Below are positions 62,901 to 64,000 of a stretch of DNA of 64,000 nt, one piece after another. The translations under genes and the position numbers were made by a program. The notes below the pieces were generated by a model. The model saw nothing but the letters and a program-made list of their open reading frames with translations, was not told where the DNA came from and ran no database searches. Origin of the DNA: Ophelia neglecta (taxonomy: Eukaryota); NCBI GenBank assembly GCA_965285935.1, contig OZ260664.1, positions 106,888,001 through 106,952,000 on the forward strand. Direction: 5' to 3'. How positions within the stretch are numbered: the stretch's first letter is position 1; each line of letters starts with the position of its first letter.

Positions 62901-64000
62901 GGAGCTCTATGCTGATCATTGTTGTCAGTCCCACCAGCAGGCATTCGCTACAATGTCTCGTTTGCATTCAGAGCACATCTGACAAACAACTGTGTCTTTT
63001 CGGTGAACACTGTCGTTTCGACTGTTGTTACAGTGAGGCCTTGATTGCCCGCTTGGAATCGCTCTCGCGGTAGGATCAAGTAGGTCCCTAAGACGGTGAT
63101 AGCTATTTTGTGTATTCAGGTCTTTGGACCGAGTGGGCTATTGTCGTTAATAAAGGTTTTTCTATTCATGACAGCAGCCCATAAGGTGTCGGTATCTCGA
63201 CTGTGATAGCAAAGCCAAGGGGGCTCCTAAATTTATCCAAAAACGGGCTGCGTGAATAATTTCTAGAGAAACCAGGATCCAAAGAAAGCTAGGCAATATT
63301 TTGATTGTTAGACGAAAGGGAAGATAAATTCTGGTTTCTAATTCTTTCGTTATTTTTGGATTGAAAGGAGCCATTTTATTTTATCATCTTATCAATTGAT
63401 CAAATTTCGTATCAGATATCCAAACATGCCGTTTAAAAACTATTATGGTGAGACAATTATCAAAAGAAAAAACCTTTGTATACTAGTATTTAATTGGTTT
63501 ACGTCAGTCAGAAAAGCGTTTCCGAATAGCACATCCAATGCCTTCAGCCATGACGCGCAAGTACTGCTCTAAACCTGTAAAAACATTTTGTTCTTTGTTC
63601 ATAATATTTTCCAGCACGCTTATTAACAATTGATATTGGACACGTTTTCTTCGGTTTGCTGACCCGTCAAATGCACTAAATATCACTTGTTATTTCGATT
63701 TTATTGTATTTAAAAGACCTTAATCATGGGGTTCTATTAAACATTCCGAATACTTGTTGCGATGCGTATTGGGTCAAATGGTGGGAGCTTATTGACAGTT
63801 TTGCATAAAGGCTGGTCCGCCAAAGCAGGACATTTTAGATGCTGTCCAATCGTTTTCGTTTAGCCCACACGGGTGTTTTGTTAGTCTGATTAATAGCTAC
63901 CGGGTGATGTCTTGTTTGATTTATTACATTAGTTGAATTAATAGTTCTGCAGCGGAGCGCTATCAAAACAATATTAACTCTAGAACCAAAGGACATCTGC

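Noticed and set aside
52930-64000. Short ORFs and isolated splice-like sites (e.g. minus strand ~54285-54336; ~80-codon minus-strand open frame near 60455-60700)
   Set aside because: No chain of phase-compatible exons and no recognisable protein; treated as intergenic or intronic apart from the annotated repeats.

Overview
Animal genomic DNA, probably a marine invertebrate such as a lophotrochozoan (inferred from the spliceosomal introns and from the SINE, MITE and LINE types). Almost all ORFs in the supplied track are artefacts of tandem repeats or chance. One real gene can be rebuilt by hand on the + strand: 18 phase-consistent GT-AG coding exons (22657-31861) encoding ~697 aa. The protein is an extracellular Cys-rich one with two homologous modules, each opening with a C-x-FP...W motif. 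A single-exon ShK (ShKT) domain with a Lys-Tyr pair sits between the modules, and the protein ends in an acidic linker and a GPI-signal-like tail. The start codon and signal-peptide exon were not securely located; candidates lie at 1.1-9.0 kb. A ~3.2-kb 3' UTR probably ends near 35.05 kb. The rest is repeat-rich: at least 11 mini/satellite arrays (two carry ERE-like or perfect CRE motifs), several MITE families, a tRNA-derived SINE, LINE remnants, a long palindrome and an old interspersed family that gave rise to one minisatellite. I found no supportable host gene in 35-64 kb.
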